NCBI GenBank assembly: GCA_038214755.1
Contig: JBBQRQ010000002.1
Span: 1 to 64,000, forward strand
Source of the DNA: Verrucomicrobiota bacterium
GTDB lineage: Bacteria > Verrucomicrobiota > Verrucomicrobiia > Limisphaerales > CANJXF01
Length of the DNA stretch: 64,000 nt
Reading direction: 5' to 3'
This document shows positions 17,761 to 27,557 of the stretch, piece after piece. The notes beneath the pieces were generated by a model. The model was not told the origin of the DNA. It ran no database searches and worked only from the letters and a program-made list of their open reading frames with translations. The first letter of the stretch is position 1; every line of letters begins with the position of its first letter. The position numbers and the translations under genes were made by a program.

Positions 17761-17835
17761 TGTAGCGGCGCGTCTGTGACCGCCGCTAATTTTCTCAGGC
17801 TCTATTTCACCGGCGCTCACAGAGACGCCGCTACA
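17761..17835. repeat. GTAG REP doublet between convergent parE and pyk
   Basis: tgtagcggcgcgtctgtgaccgccg ... cggcgctcacagagacgccgctaca. Confidence 0.8.
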
Positions 17836-17836
17836 A

Positions 17837-19240
17837 TTACACTTCCCGCATTTGCACGGCTTTAACGGTCTGCCCATCGACGTCGATTGAACTGATGACA
17901 ACCACCGTGTTTCCTTTGCCCAACAATTTCTGCTCAACCAATTTTTCAATCGAGTGAGAAATAGTTTTCTCACGATTGCTGTGGTCGAACGAAATGACAA
18001 TCGGACGCACACCCCAGTTCAACGTGAGCGAATCGGCGACGGGTTGCGTATCGCAGATCGCGTAAATCGGCGAGTGGCGCGGGCGCATCCAACTGGCGTA
18101 ACGCGCCGAAGTTCCGCTCAAAGTAAAAACAAGAATTGCCGCCGCTTTCAATTCGTCGGCCATCACCACGGCGCTCTTCACTAACTTTTCGCGCGGGTTA
18201 GTCAGTTCGGCGCGTTCCTGAAAATTGGCGCCCCCGCTGCGTTCAATTCGTTCCGCCACGCGATTCATCACTTCCAAACATTTCAACGGATATTTTCCCA
18301 CGGTCGTTTCGCCGCTCAACATGATGGCGTCGGCTTGTTCATAGACGGCGTTCGCCACATCGGTCACTTCGGCGCGAGTGGGAATGGGATTTTCCATCAT
18401 GCTTTCGAGCATGTGCGTGGCGACGATCACCGGCTTGCCGATGCGCAAAGAATATTTCACGGCGCGCCGCTGGATGATCGGCAATTCTTCATACGGAACT
18501 TCGATTCCCAAATCGCCGCGCGCGATCATCAGCCCGTCCGCCTCCTGAATAATTTCCTTCAAATTTTCGACGGCTTGCTGATCTTCGAGTTTCGCGATGA
18601 TGAGTGGCTTGTCTTTCGCATTGGCAATCACCGCTCTGAGTTGCCGAATATCTTTCGCTTCGCGCACAAACGAGAGCGCGAGGTAATCCACGCCCAGTTC
18701 CAATCCGAGCGCAACATCCTGCAAATCTTTTTCGGTAAGCGCGGGCAAACTGACCCGCACGCCCGGCAAATTGATATGACGGCGGCTTCCCAATTTTCCC
18801 GGCGTCAAGACTTCGCACTCAATTTTGTTGGCGAACTTTTGCAGAACCTTCATTTGAATTTCGCCGTTATCCAGCATCACCACGTCGCCCACGCTGATGT
18901 CATTGACGAAATTCTCGTAGTTCACGTCCACGGAAGATTCTTCCTCACTTTTTTCGCCGCGAACGGTGAGGGTAAATTTTTGGCCGGGTTTTAAATCAAG
19001 CGCGGTCTTCAATTCGCCGGTGCGAATGGCCGGCCCTTGCGTGTCCATGAGAATTCCCAAAGAAATTTTCCGGGAGGCCGCCGCGGCGCGAATATCTTTC
19101 ACCACGCGACGCACCCAATCATGCGGAGCGTGCGACATGTTGAGCCGCGCCACATTCATCCCGGCGTCAATCATGCGCCCGATCATTTCCGGGGAATCTG
19201 TGGCGGGGCCGAGCGTGGCGATGATTTTGGTTTTTCTCAT
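17837..19240 (-). CDS. pyk: Pyruvate kinase
   Basis: KTKIIATLGPA, ARLNMSH, IARGDLGIE, ATHMLESM, PTRAEVTDVANA, MLSGET. Confidence 0.97.
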   Translation of the reverse strand: MRKTKIIATLGPATDSPEMIGRMIDAGMNVARLNMSHAPHDWVRRVVKDIRAAAASRKISLGILMDTQGPAIRTGELKTALDLKPGQKFTLTVRGEKSEEESSVDVNYENFVNDISVGDVVMLDNGEIQMKVLQKFANKIECEVLTPGKLGSRRHINLPGVRVSLPALTEKDLQDVALGLELGVDYLALSFVREAKDIRQLRAVIANAKDKPLIIAKLEDQQAVENLKEIIQEADGLMIARGDLGIEVPYEELPIIQRRAVKYSLRIGKPVIVATHMLESMMENPIPTRAEVTDVANAVYEQADAIMLSGETTVGKYPLKCLEVMNRVAERIERSGGANFQERAELTNPREKLVKSAVVMADELKAAAILVFTLSGTSARYASWMRPRHSPIYAICDTQPVADSLTLNWGVRPIVISFDHSNREKTISHSIEKLVEQKLLGKGNTVVVISSIDVDGQTVKAVQMREV

Positions 19241-19312
19241 CGCCGAATTTTTGTCGGCGCGGCGGGAAAATGCGAATTAAACTTTGGGGCAAAAGAAAAT
19301 CGGATGGTGAAG

Positions 19313-19555
19313 TTAAGCAACTTTGGATTTATTGCTCTTCATCTGTTCGACGCGCGTAATGTGGTCAAAAAGACAAATCACGAAGCCCGCACCATCGATC
19401 TCATGGCCCGGCCCATTGCTGATAATAATCGCGCCATCTGCCACAAACCCAAAATCAGGATGGGAGACGGTGTAGCTTTTTCCGTCGTCCATGCTGATCC
19501 GAACGGGCTTCAAATGGGATTCGCGGATCAAAACTCGCAGGTCACTTTCCTTCAT
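19313..19555 (-). CDS. Small hypothetical protein (MDDGKSYTVSHPD motif)
   Basis: 80-aa ORF co-oriented between the esterase and pyk; beta-rich pattern. Confidence 0.6.
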   Translation of the reverse strand: MKESDLRVLIRESHLKPVRISMDDGKSYTVSHPDFGFVADGAIIISNGPGHEIDGAGFVICLFDHITRVEQMKSNKSKVA

Positions 19556-19623
19556 GTTCAAAACGTGCCTAAAACGATTCTGCCTGTCAAATGGGTGATT
19601 GGATGGAAAGAAAGACAGGTCTA

Positions 19624-20886
19624 TTATTTCGGTCTCCCAAAATGTTTGTCCGCGAAATCGAGAAAGATTTTCCAATCGTCTTTGGTCATCGAATGTTTTC
19701 CCGGTCGAATGGAGTAACCCAAATTGCTGTCCATGAGATTGCCGACCTCGGGCATTTTTTCCGACGCAATCCCTTCAGCGCCGACGAGCCGATAAACTTT
19801 GTCCGCCGCTTTCAACATTTCAAATTGCCCTGCCGGATTTGCCCACGTGTCTTCCGTCGCGTTGGAGAGCAGAACCGGACGCGGCGCGCACAACGCGATC
19901 AAGCAATGTTGATCAAACGGCAATCGCTCCGGCTCCTCATTGAACTTTTTGAACTCGTCGCAAAACCAATGGGGAAAATGTTCGTTGATTCGTTTTACCG
20001 ACTCGCCGATTTTTCCCCGCGCAGGCGACGTTCCCCCGCAGCCGGCTTGTAGTGGGATCACGAGTGCAATCCGTTCATCAAACGCTCCGGCAAGCATCGC
20101 CGCTTTTCCCAAACGCGAATGCCCAACGACCGCAATTTTGTTTCGGTCGATGGCCTGGTCTGTTTCGAGATAGTCCACCGCGCGATGCAAACCCCACGCC
20201 CACGCGGCAATCGTCCCCCAGTCGTCTTCAGGATTTTTTGAGCCGTGAAAAGCTTCGCGAACTCCAGCGGTCGCATTGGTTCGGTCGGGCTGAATGTCGT
20301 CGCAAAAAATTGTTGCCACTGCGTAACCGCGATCAATCGATTGTTCGATGGCCCAGACATCAATCGATTTTCCACGACCGGCTTCCGTCGCGCGGTTATT
20401 CGTCGCGCCAGCAATTTTCGCGTTCATCCAACCAGTCGGCATTGGCACAAACGAATTAGTGACGAGTGCATAATTACCGGAAAAATTCAGTCCAAAAAAA
20501 ACGGGCGCGGGATTTTTTCGGTGGTTGGGCACTACGAGCATGAGATGAATTTGCGGCGCGTTCGTCGGCTCGAATGAAATGTTGACCAGCTTCAAAGTCG
20601 CTTTGCCGTCGAAACAATTTTTATCGACTGCTTGAACTTTGGCTTTGATTTTCGCGGGCGGCGGGAACCAGCCGTATTCGTAATGTTGAAAAAGCGCTTT
20701 CAATTCCGGGCGGCGTTTGGTGAACCAATTTTTTTTGTTCGTGACCGGTTTGCCGTCGAACATGACCAGCGGATCAGGCGGCTCGGCGATGATGGGCAGT
20801 TGCGAAACAGGCGGAAATTTCTCAATGGCGCGCGCGACGCCACAAAACAAAATTGCCAAAATAAAAATTCGGAAAACGATTTTCAT
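19624..20886 (-). CDS. CE15-type glucuronoyl/acetylxylan esterase, secreted
   Basis: Signal peptide; WAWG...DYL; GHSRLGK nucleophile motif; DQHCLIAL.APRP; HSMT. Confidence 0.85.
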   Translation of the reverse strand: MKIVFRIFILAILFCGVARAIEKFPPVSQLPIIAEPPDPLVMFDGKPVTNKKNWFTKRRPELKALFQHYEYGWFPPPAKIKAKVQAVDKNCFDGKATLKLVNISFEPTNAPQIHLMLVVPNHRKNPAPVFFGLNFSGNYALVTNSFVPMPTGWMNAKIAGATNNRATEAGRGKSIDVWAIEQSIDRGYAVATIFCDDIQPDRTNATAGVREAFHGSKNPEDDWGTIAAWAWGLHRAVDYLETDQAIDRNKIAVVGHSRLGKAAMLAGAFDERIALVIPLQAGCGGTSPARGKIGESVKRINEHFPHWFCDEFKKFNEEPERLPFDQHCLIALCAPRPVLLSNATEDTWANPAGQFEMLKAADKVYRLVGAEGIASEKMPEVGNLMDSNLGYSIRPGKHSMTKDDWKIFLDFADKHFGRPK

Positions 20887-20955
20887 TTCTGAGTTTCGTC
20901 AAGTTCCGGGGCGCGGGCAAGCCGCCAAAATTTTCACGCAGAGAAAAATGTCCGA

Positions 20956-21029
20956 TGGAGCCGCCGAGGTGAGGAGGCGGATTCCGATTGAGAAAACCAT
21001 GAATCCGCCTCCTCACGTCGGCGGCTACA
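20956..21029. repeat. REP doublet
   Basis: ggagccgccgaggtgaggaggcggatt ... aatccgcctcctcacgtcggcggctac. Confidence 0.8.
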
Positions 21030-21108
21030 ATTTGGCAGGCGGCTTCCCGAAAAAAGTTGCCGCGAAAAATTTGCGGTCGCTAGAATTGACACACCAAGGA
21101 AACACCTA

Positions 21109-22110
21109 ATGTCGTTGCGAATTATTTTCATGGGAACCGCTCCGCTCGCTTGCCCCAGTTTGCAAACGCTGGCGAGCCTTCGCGGGTTCGAAGTCGTGGC
21201 CGTCGTCACGCAGCCTGATAAACCGAAGGGTCGCGAATTAAAAACGCAACCTTCCGCCGTCAAACAACTCGCGCAAAAATTAAATCTGCCGATCCTCCAA
21301 CCCGCCAAAGCGCGCGACGAAAGTTTTGTCAGCGCCTTGCGGGAATTAAAACCGGACCTGATCGTCGTCGTCGCCTACGGACAAATCCTGTCGCAGGCCA
21401 TTTTGGATTTGCCGAAATTTGGCTGTTTGAATGTTCACACTTCGTTGCTCCCGAAATATCGCGGAGCGGCTCCCATCCAATGGGCGATCCTCGACGACCA
21501 GCCGGAAACCGGCGTCACGATTATGAAAATGGACGCCGGCCTCGACACGGGCGACATCCTTGCGCAAACGAAGACGCCGATTCACGCGCATGACACTTCC
21601 CAAACTCTGCATGATCGCCTCGCCATTTTGGGCGCGGAATTGTTGGCCGGGACGATTCCAGATTTTGTGGAAGGAAAAATTATTCCGCAAAAGCAAGCGA
21701 AGGAAGGCGGCAGTTATGCGCGAAAAATTTCCAAGGAAGACGGTCGATTGAATTGGACTGAGCCCGCTCGAAAGTTGTGGAACCGGATTCGCGCTTTGAC
21801 GCCGTGGCCTGGCGCATTCACTTTTCAGGTTAGCGAAACTCGAAAGTCCCGCGAACCGGCAGACTGGAAAGTCTGCCCTACGCGCGGCGGTGAAATTCAG
21901 CGGCTGTTGAAAATCTGGCAGGCCGAAATTGTGGAGTGGCCGGTGAGTGAGCCGGGGAAAATTCTGCAAGCCGACAAAAATGGAATTGTCGTTGGCTGCG
22001 GAGAAAATGCGTTGCGCATTGTCGGTTTGCAACGAGAAGGAGGACGCCGCCTGACCGCTCAAGAATTTCTGGCGGGCAACGTTTTATCGGTTGGGGAGAA
22101 ATTAGGTTAG
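21109..22110 (+). CDS. fmt: Methionyl-tRNA formyltransferase (with in-frame REP insertion)
   Basis: IIFMGT, VTQPDKPKGR, NVHTSLLPKYRGAAPIQ, MDAGLDTGD, PWPGAF. Confidence 0.97.
   Translation: MSLRIIFMGTAPLACPSLQTLASLRGFEVVAVVTQPDKPKGRELKTQPSAVKQLAQKLNLPILQPAKARDESFVSALRELKPDLIVVVAYGQILSQAILDLPKFGCLNVHTSLLPKYRGAAPIQWAILDDQPETGVTIMKMDAGLDTGDILAQTKTPIHAHDTSQTLHDRLAILGAELLAGTIPDFVEGKIIPQKQAKEGGSYARKISKEDGRLNWTEPARKLWNRIRALTPWPGAFTFQVSETRKSREPADWKVCPTRGGEIQRLLKIWQAEIVEWPVSEPGKILQADKNGIVVGCGENALRIVGLQREGGRRLTAQEFLAGNVLSVGEKLG
21835..21881 (-). repeat. GTAG REP inside the fmt coding sequence
   Basis: Minus strand gtagg-gcagact-ttcc-agtctgc-cggttcgcgggactttcgagt; same layout as intergenic REPs at 32180-32226 and 55161-55209. 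Confidence 0.8.
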
Positions 22111-22136
22111 AGCGAGCGCGGGATTTTTTTTCGGAT

Positions 22137-22210
22137 GGGAGCGCCGATTTCCAAATCAGCACAGGTTGGACGCTCAATGGCGAAGAGCCGAACCGGAGTT
22201 CGGCGTTCCG
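22137..22210. repeat. Degenerate GGAG/GGAA-type REP doublet
   Basis: gggagcgccgatttccaaatcagc ... gccgaaccggagttcggcgttcc. Confidence 0.55.
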
Positions 22211-22355
22211 TTTGCGAGAGGCCTTTTCCAGAAATTTTTTTGGGCAATCAGTTTTAGAAATCGTTTTTTTGCAGTTGTGCAAAAAAATCCAGAGGAAGAT
22301 TGGAAAAGCAATCGCTGGCTTTACAGCGGCCAAACGAGATGTTTAATCTCTCAAC

Positions 22356-23024
22356 ATGCCTACGGAATTTGATGCATCGGATTTTGTGGATAGCGATTTT
22401 CAACCGTCTCGAAAAACGGGATACCCCAGCACTATGATTTCTCCAAGCAGCGGATCAGATCGGCCTCCCACGCGCGAAGAAGTGGAGTCGCGCGTGAGTG
22501 AAACGCACAACAAAATTTCTGAACTCAAACGCGCCCAGGAAGAATTGGAGCGGGAACGCGCCGGCCTCGAGGAATTGCGCCGACGCCAGATGGAATTTCA
22601 AACCGGGCGCGAAGAGATGTTGCAGAATCTCACGCGCGGAGTGGGCTTGTTGGCGGAAGCGGAGTTTGCCGCGCGCCGCGACGCCGAACAAATGGCCAAA
22701 GTGGTTTCCGATTTGAAAGACGCTTTGCAAAAAGTGCAAAGCATCAATGACCAAACCTGGAGCAAAGAAAACTTCAACGTCGAACTCACTCGCGCCCTGA
22801 CTCTGATCGAAAATGGCCGGATGGAATGGAATTCCGCGCGGATGAAATTTCCCGTTCTTTCCGGCGCGCCCCTGACGGAGAAAGAAAATCCAACCTCCAA
22901 TTTCGGTCCATCACTTTTCGCCCCGCAAAGTTTGGGACAACTTTTTAAACTAGGCCTCGCTCTGACCTGGCCGCTGGTCCTGGTCGGACTGGGAATTTTT
23001 TTACTGCTGCTCTTGCGGCGCTAG
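22356..23024 (+). CDS. Hypothetical coiled-coil protein with C-terminal TM anchor
   Basis: Heptad-rich ELKRAQEELERERAGLEEL; hydrophobic C-terminus. Confidence 0.75.
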   Translation: MPTEFDASDFVDSDFQPSRKTGYPSTMISPSSGSDRPPTREEVESRVSETHNKISELKRAQEELERERAGLEELRRRQMEFQTGREEMLQNLTRGVGLLAEAEFAARRDAEQMAKVVSDLKDALQKVQSINDQTWSKENFNVELTRALTLIENGRMEWNSARMKFPVLSGAPLTEKENPTSNFGPSLFAPQSLGQLFKLGLALTWPLVLVGLGIFLLLLLRR

Positions 23025-23034
23025 GTTGACTCGC

Positions 23035-23538
23035 ATGGGACTGTTCAAAAAAAAAACCGATCCCATCTCTGAACGCGCCAAGGCGCTCCAGACGGAAATC
23101 GCCGCCGTGGAAGCAGAGATAAAAAAGTTGCACGCCCAACCCCAACCAATTTTTTCTCATCCACGCGTTCGTTCCACTGCCTTGCCGCACGGCCCGACTG
23201 TTCCCCTGCCGACGGTCCCTCCCCGAGAACCGATCTTCGAGAAAGTGGAACAAGTCCGTTTGCAGGCCAAGGACCCACCCGCCGTGCCGGAACAGTTCAA
23301 TCAACTCGGAATTAAAAAATATGATCTGCTCGGATTTTTCGGGCGGATGAAAAATAATTTTCGCGCTCGTCCCGCCGCCAATCCGAAACTGGTTAGCTAT
23401 TTGGTCGCGGGAAGTATTCAAGGGTTGCGTCCGCTTCGTTACGAAAAGCGCGTCGCGCGAAATCGTTTCATCGTTCTGACGATTGTCCTTTTGCTCCTGC
23501 TTTGGGGAATCATCACGATGTTCTTGCGTCATCGTTGA
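23035..23538 (+). CDS. Hypothetical protein with C-terminal TM anchor
   Basis: Co-oriented ORF; C-terminal GLRPLRYEKRVARNRFIVL...LLLLWG. Confidence 0.75.
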   Translation: MGLFKKKTDPISERAKALQTEIAAVEAEIKKLHAQPQPIFSHPRVRSTALPHGPTVPLPTVPPREPIFEKVEQVRLQAKDPPAVPEQFNQLGIKKYDLLGFFGRMKNNFRARPAANPKLVSYLVAGSIQGLRPLRYEKRVARNRFIVLTIVLLLLLWGIITMFLRHR

Positions 23539-23548
23539 GCGGCGCGAC

Positions 23549-24064
23549 ATGAAATCAATCCATCGTTTGCCCGTCGCCTCGCTCCCGATCGAAACAGCCG
23601 AGGGAACGTTTTTGGCGCACTATTCGGCGAAGGGATTAATGCGGTTGGATTTTCCGTCACGAAAAAAACCCGCGGGCGGCTGGGTGGATATTCCTGGTGT
23701 GCGCGCCCGGATTTCCCGCTGGCACAAACTGACGACGCGCGCTTTGAAAGCAATTCTCGCGGGAAAACCGTTCTCGAAATTGCCGCCGTTTGATTTGAGC
23801 GAGACGACTGTTTTTCAAAGAAAAGTTTGGTCAGCGTTGGAAAAAATTCCGGCAGGCCAGACTAAAACTTATGGCGAACTGGCGCGGGAACTGGGCAATC
23901 CCAAAGCCATGCGCGCGGTGGGGCGCGGGTGCGGGACGAATCCAATTCCCATTTTGATTCCGTGTCATCGTCTCGTCGCCGCGCGCGGAAAGATCGGCGG
24001 TTTTTCCGGCGGATTGAAATGGAAGGAAGCGCTGCTCAAACGAGAAGGCGTTCTTTTCCTTTGA
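23549..24064 (+). CDS. ogt: Methylated-DNA--protein-cysteine methyltransferase
   Basis: FQRKVW..L..IPAG.T.TYGELA...RAVG...NP..ILIPCHR. Confidence 0.93.
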   Translation: MKSIHRLPVASLPIETAEGTFLAHYSAKGLMRLDFPSRKKPAGGWVDIPGVRARISRWHKLTTRALKAILAGKPFSKLPPFDLSETTVFQRKVWSALEKIPAGQTKTYGELARELGNPKAMRAVGRGCGTNPIPILIPCHRLVAARGKIGGFSGGLKWKEALLKREGVLFL

Positions 24065-24073
24065 GATGGCGTC

Positions 24074-24364
24074 GGAGCGCGGACGTTCTTCGTCCGCCAG
24101 TGGCGATGTTGCGTAGGGAATCTCATTTTCTTGCAAAAATAACGGAACGTCGATCTCCTGATCGGCTCGCGGAAAATGTGGACGTTCCAAGGCCGATCAG
24201 GAGATCGGCGTTCCGTTGCCGCCTCTTTCCGAAGGTTTGAAACCTGCAATTTAGTGAGATGCGCCCCATCTCGTGGTGAAAATAGGTTGATACTTGCGAC
24301 GAGGAACGAGACCAGCGTTCATATCAATTTTCGGAAACTCGCGGACGGAGAACGTCCGCGCTCC
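24074..24364. repeat. Nested REP doublets (outer GGAG-type, inner GGAA-type at 24141-24217)
   Basis: Outer ggagcgcggacgttc..cgtccgc / gcggacggagaacgtccgcgctcc; inner aacggaacgtcgatctcctgatcggc / gccgatcaggagatcggcgttccgtt. Confidence 0.8.
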
Positions 24365-24382
24365 TTTTTTTCTCGAGCTAAA

Positions 24383-25873
24383 TTATTTTTTCGCCGCAGT
24401 GCTCATCGGGAAATTGTCCGTGCGAAATGGACTAGCGGGTAAACCTTCTTTGTTCCAAAAATTCACCACCGGAAAATCCGCCCAGCCAAAACGGACCGCG
24501 ATCGGGTTGCGCACCTCGGGACTGCTGACGACGACCGTTTTTCCCACGATCTCGGCGTTGGCCAAAACGAATTTTTTGTCCGGCCCGCAAATGGAAAAAC
24601 CTTTCAACGCTCCATCGCGCGCTTCAAGTCCGCCGCCGACATTGTCGAAACTTAAAATCGCTTGGTCTCCTTTGACCTTCATTCTTTTGAAAGTGGGTCC
24701 CGAATAAACAATTTTTTGGCCGTAGGCGATTCCGCGCGCCGCAATAGCCAGCCGTTGACCAACCGGCGCTTTTTTCGTCGGATGAATGTCGGTTTGATCA
24801 CCCACGTCCGTGATCACAGCCATCCCAACGTTCGGCAAAATTTTGGTCGTGTTCAGTTGCGCCTCGCGAAGTTCAGCCCAGGCACTTTCAGCCGGCTGTT
24901 TTTTTATGGCCATGAACGGCGCGAGTTGCACCGCCAGAAATGGGAAATTGCCCTGGCCCCAATCGTTGCGCCAATTGCGGATCATGTCGGGAAAGAGGGT
25001 TCGATATTGTTCGGCGCGTCCGGCGTTGGACTCGCCTTGATACCAGATCGCTCCCTTGATCGTGTAGGGGATCAACGGGGCGATCATGCCATTGTAAAGT
25101 TCGGCGGGTTTCCAGGGCGAGCGGGGCGCTGGCTTCTTCATCGCGTCGCTCCCTTTTTCTTTTGGCAGTTCGGCCAGGGATTTCTGATATTGTTTTTCAC
25201 TCTCAAGATAACCTTCCAAAATTTCTTTTTTGTAACGCGGATTGTTTTCCAAAACTTTTTCACTCATCCAGACTTCCGCGGGCGAACCGCCCCAGTCGCT
25301 TTGAATCAACCCGACCGGAACGGCGAGAGCTTTTTGCAAGTCGCGTCCGAAGTAATACGCGACAGCGGAAAATCCTGAGGACGTTTCGGGATTGGAAACG
25401 CGCCAATTTGATTTCACATCGTGGAGAGGTTCGTTGGATTTGACTCGCGGCACGACGAACAAATGAAGCTGCGGACTGCTCGAGGCGGCAATATCGTCCT
25501 GCGCATTGAAGGAACTTTTCAGAGGGAATTGCATGTTCGATTGCCCGCTGCACAGCCACACCTCGCCGACCAGAACGTTGGTAAGCTCAATCGAGTTTTC
25601 GCCCGCGACTCGAAAGATATCGGGACCGCCCGCTTTCAACGAGGAGAGTTTCACCGACCATTTTCCACCTCTGGCGACGGTGGATTTTTTTTGATTGCGA
25701 AAAGTGACGGTGACCTTTTCACCGTCGTCGGCCCAGCCCCAGACGCGGACGGTCGTGCCGCGTTGCAAAACCATGTTGTCGGAAAAAAGGGCGGGAAGCC
25801 GGACGGTGGCGGACGCGGTGAGAGCCGCGAGAAAAAAAACTGCCGGAAAAAGGAAACGAATTGTTTTTTGCAT
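24383..25873 (-). CDS. Sialate O-acetylesterase family protein
   Basis: LPALFSDNMVLQR, GEVWLCSGQSNM, WYQGESN, DIHP. Confidence 0.92.
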   Translation of the reverse strand: MQKTIRFLFPAVFFLAALTASATVRLPALFSDNMVLQRGTTVRVWGWADDGEKVTVTFRNQKKSTVARGGKWSVKLSSLKAGGPDIFRVAGENSIELTNVLVGEVWLCSGQSNMQFPLKSSFNAQDDIAASSSPQLHLFVVPRVKSNEPLHDVKSNWRVSNPETSSGFSAVAYYFGRDLQKALAVPVGLIQSDWGGSPAEVWMSEKVLENNPRYKKEILEGYLESEKQYQKSLAELPKEKGSDAMKKPAPRSPWKPAELYNGMIAPLIPYTIKGAIWYQGESNAGRAEQYRTLFPDMIRNWRNDWGQGNFPFLAVQLAPFMAIKKQPAESAWAELREAQLNTTKILPNVGMAVITDVGDQTDIHPTKKAPVGQRLAIAARGIAYGQKIVYSGPTFKRMKVKGDQAILSFDNVGGGLEARDGALKGFSICGPDKKFVLANAEIVGKTVVVSSPEVRNPIAVRFGWADFPVVNFWNKEGLPASPFRTDNFPMSTAAKK

Positions 25874-26003
25874 GGCGGTAGTGCAACGCAACGAGGGAAA
25901 TGGGTCAAGCGCAGGAAACATTAATTGCCATCACCGAGGGAAAACGGCCGATCCATTTCGCTCGAATGGGAAGCATCTGCCTCCGGCGGGCGCGGAAAAC
26001 CAA

Positions 26004-26182
26004 TCGATGTTCAGCGTTCGAGGTTGGATGTTGGATGGAAATTAAGGCCAATACCGAACATCGAACATCGAACACCGAACATCGAACATCCAACATCGAA
26101 CACCGAACATCGAACATCCAACATCGAACACCGAACATCGAACACCGAACATCGAACACCGAACATCGAACATCCAACATCG
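26004..26182. repeat. Heptamer microsatellite: 19 x AACA(T/C)C(G/C) at 26050-26182, preceded by inverted degenerate units
   Basis: aacatcg/aacaccg/aacatcc units counted directly; tcgatgttcagcgttcgaggttggatgttggatg at 26004-26037. Confidence 0.95.
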
Positions 26183-26249
26183 AATTAAGAAACGGCATCC
26201 TGGTGCACGGCGGGAGGAAAATTAATCGATGCGGACGACTACGGCGCCT

Positions 26250-27557
26250 TCAAGTCTCGATTCCGTAAACTTTGATCTTGTTGTAGAGCGTCTGGCGTCC
26301 GATGCCGAGGCGCTTGGCCGTTTCCAATTTGTTGCCGCCCGTTTCTTTGAGAATTTTTTCGATGGTGTTGCGCTCCATCGCCTCCATCAGCGTGAGGTCT
26401 TCGACTTCATTCTGACTCATTACAGTGGTGATGGAGAGGTCTTGCACATCGATCACATTGTTCTCGCACATCAGCACGGTGCGCTGAATTTCATTTTGAA
26501 GCTGGCGAATATTTCCCGGCCAATCAAAAGTGCGCAACATCTCCGCCGCTGGAGTGGTGAAGCCGCTGATATTACGATCGGCTTGCGCCGCGTAACGTTT
26601 CAGGAACGTGGTGGCCAGCGGCAAAATGTCCTCGCGCCGTTCGCGCAGCGGCGCCAGGTGGACCGAGATCGCGCTGATGCGATAAAATAAATCCTCCCGC
26701 AGTTTTCCTTCTTTGATCGCCACTTCCGTCGGGCGATTCGTCGCGGCGATAATTCGGCAATCGCTCTTGTAGCTGACTTTCCCACCGACGGGGCGCACTT
26801 CTTTTTCCTGCAAGACGCGGAGTAATTTGCTTTGGGTATCAATCGGCATCTCAGAAATTTCATCGAGAAAAAGCGAGCCGCTTTCTGCTTGTCGAAACAA
26901 CCCATCCCGGTCGGCGTTCGCTCCGGTGTAAGCGCCTTTGACCGACCCAAACAATTCGCTCTCGATCAGTTCGCGCGGCAGGGCGGCGCAATTGATTTTG
27001 ATGAGGGGCCCTTTGCTGCGTGGACTTAATTTGTGAATCAAATCCGCGATGACTTCCTTGCCCGTGCCGCTTTCGCCGGTGATCAATATGGAAACATCAC
27101 TCGGCGCCACTCGTTCGATGGTGCGGACCGTATTGCGCATGGAGGCGCTTTGGAAGATGGGGAAAATCGCTTCGCGCCGTTCCAACAAAATTTGCCGGTG
27201 CTCCAGCGCTTTCTCCACCGTGAATAAAAGTATTTTGGTGTCGAAAGGCTTGGGTTGAAAAGAATACGCGCCGCGCTTGGTCGCTTCGACCGCCGTGTCG
27301 AAATCCGCCTGCCCGGTCAGAATAATCACTTGGGTGTCCGGCCAATGTTTTTTGATTAGCGGCAGAAGCTCCATGCCATTGCCGTCGGGCAACGCCAGGT
27401 CCAGCAGGATCGCGTCCGGTTCCGGGCCGGAAAAAGAAGCCTTCAGTTCCGCCGCGGCGCTTTTTAAAAGGGTGTCGTAACCGCCCGATTTTAAAATCGA
27501 ATTTAACACGTCGCGAATCTCGGTCGTGTCCTCAACCACCATCACTTTATGTTTCAT
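26250..27557 (-). CDS. Sigma-54-dependent response regulator (NtrC family)
   Basis: Receiver domain; GESGTGKE; ESELFGSVKGAYTGA; WPGNIRQL; C-terminal HTH. Confidence 0.95.
   Translation of the reverse strand: MKHKVMVVEDTTEIRDVLNSILKSGGYDTLLKSAAAELKASFSGPEPDAILLDLALPDGNGMELLPLIKKHWPDTQVIILTGQADFDTAVEATKRGAYSFQPKPFDTKILLFTVEKALEHRQILLERREAIFPIFQSASMRNTVRTIERVAPSDVSILITGESGTGKEVIADLIHKLSPRSKGPLIKINCAALPRELIESELFGSVKGAYTGANADRDGLFRQAESGSLFLDEISEMPIDTQSKLLRVLQEKEVRPVGGKVSYKSDCRIIAATNRPTEVAIKEGKLREDLFYRISAISVHLAPLRERREDILPLATTFLKRYAAQADRNISGFTTPAAEMLRTFDWPGNIRQLQNEIQRTVLMCENNVIDVQDLSITTVMSQNEVEDLTLMEAMERNTIEKILKETGGNKLETAKRLGIGRQTLYNKIKVYGIET

Noticed and set aside
26050..26182. CRISPR array
   Set aside because: Contiguous 7-mers without unique spacers; no cas genes
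25900..26268. Repeat proteins NTEHRTS / DVRCSVF
   Set aside because: Stop-free translations of the heptamer array in several frames; no evidence any is a gene
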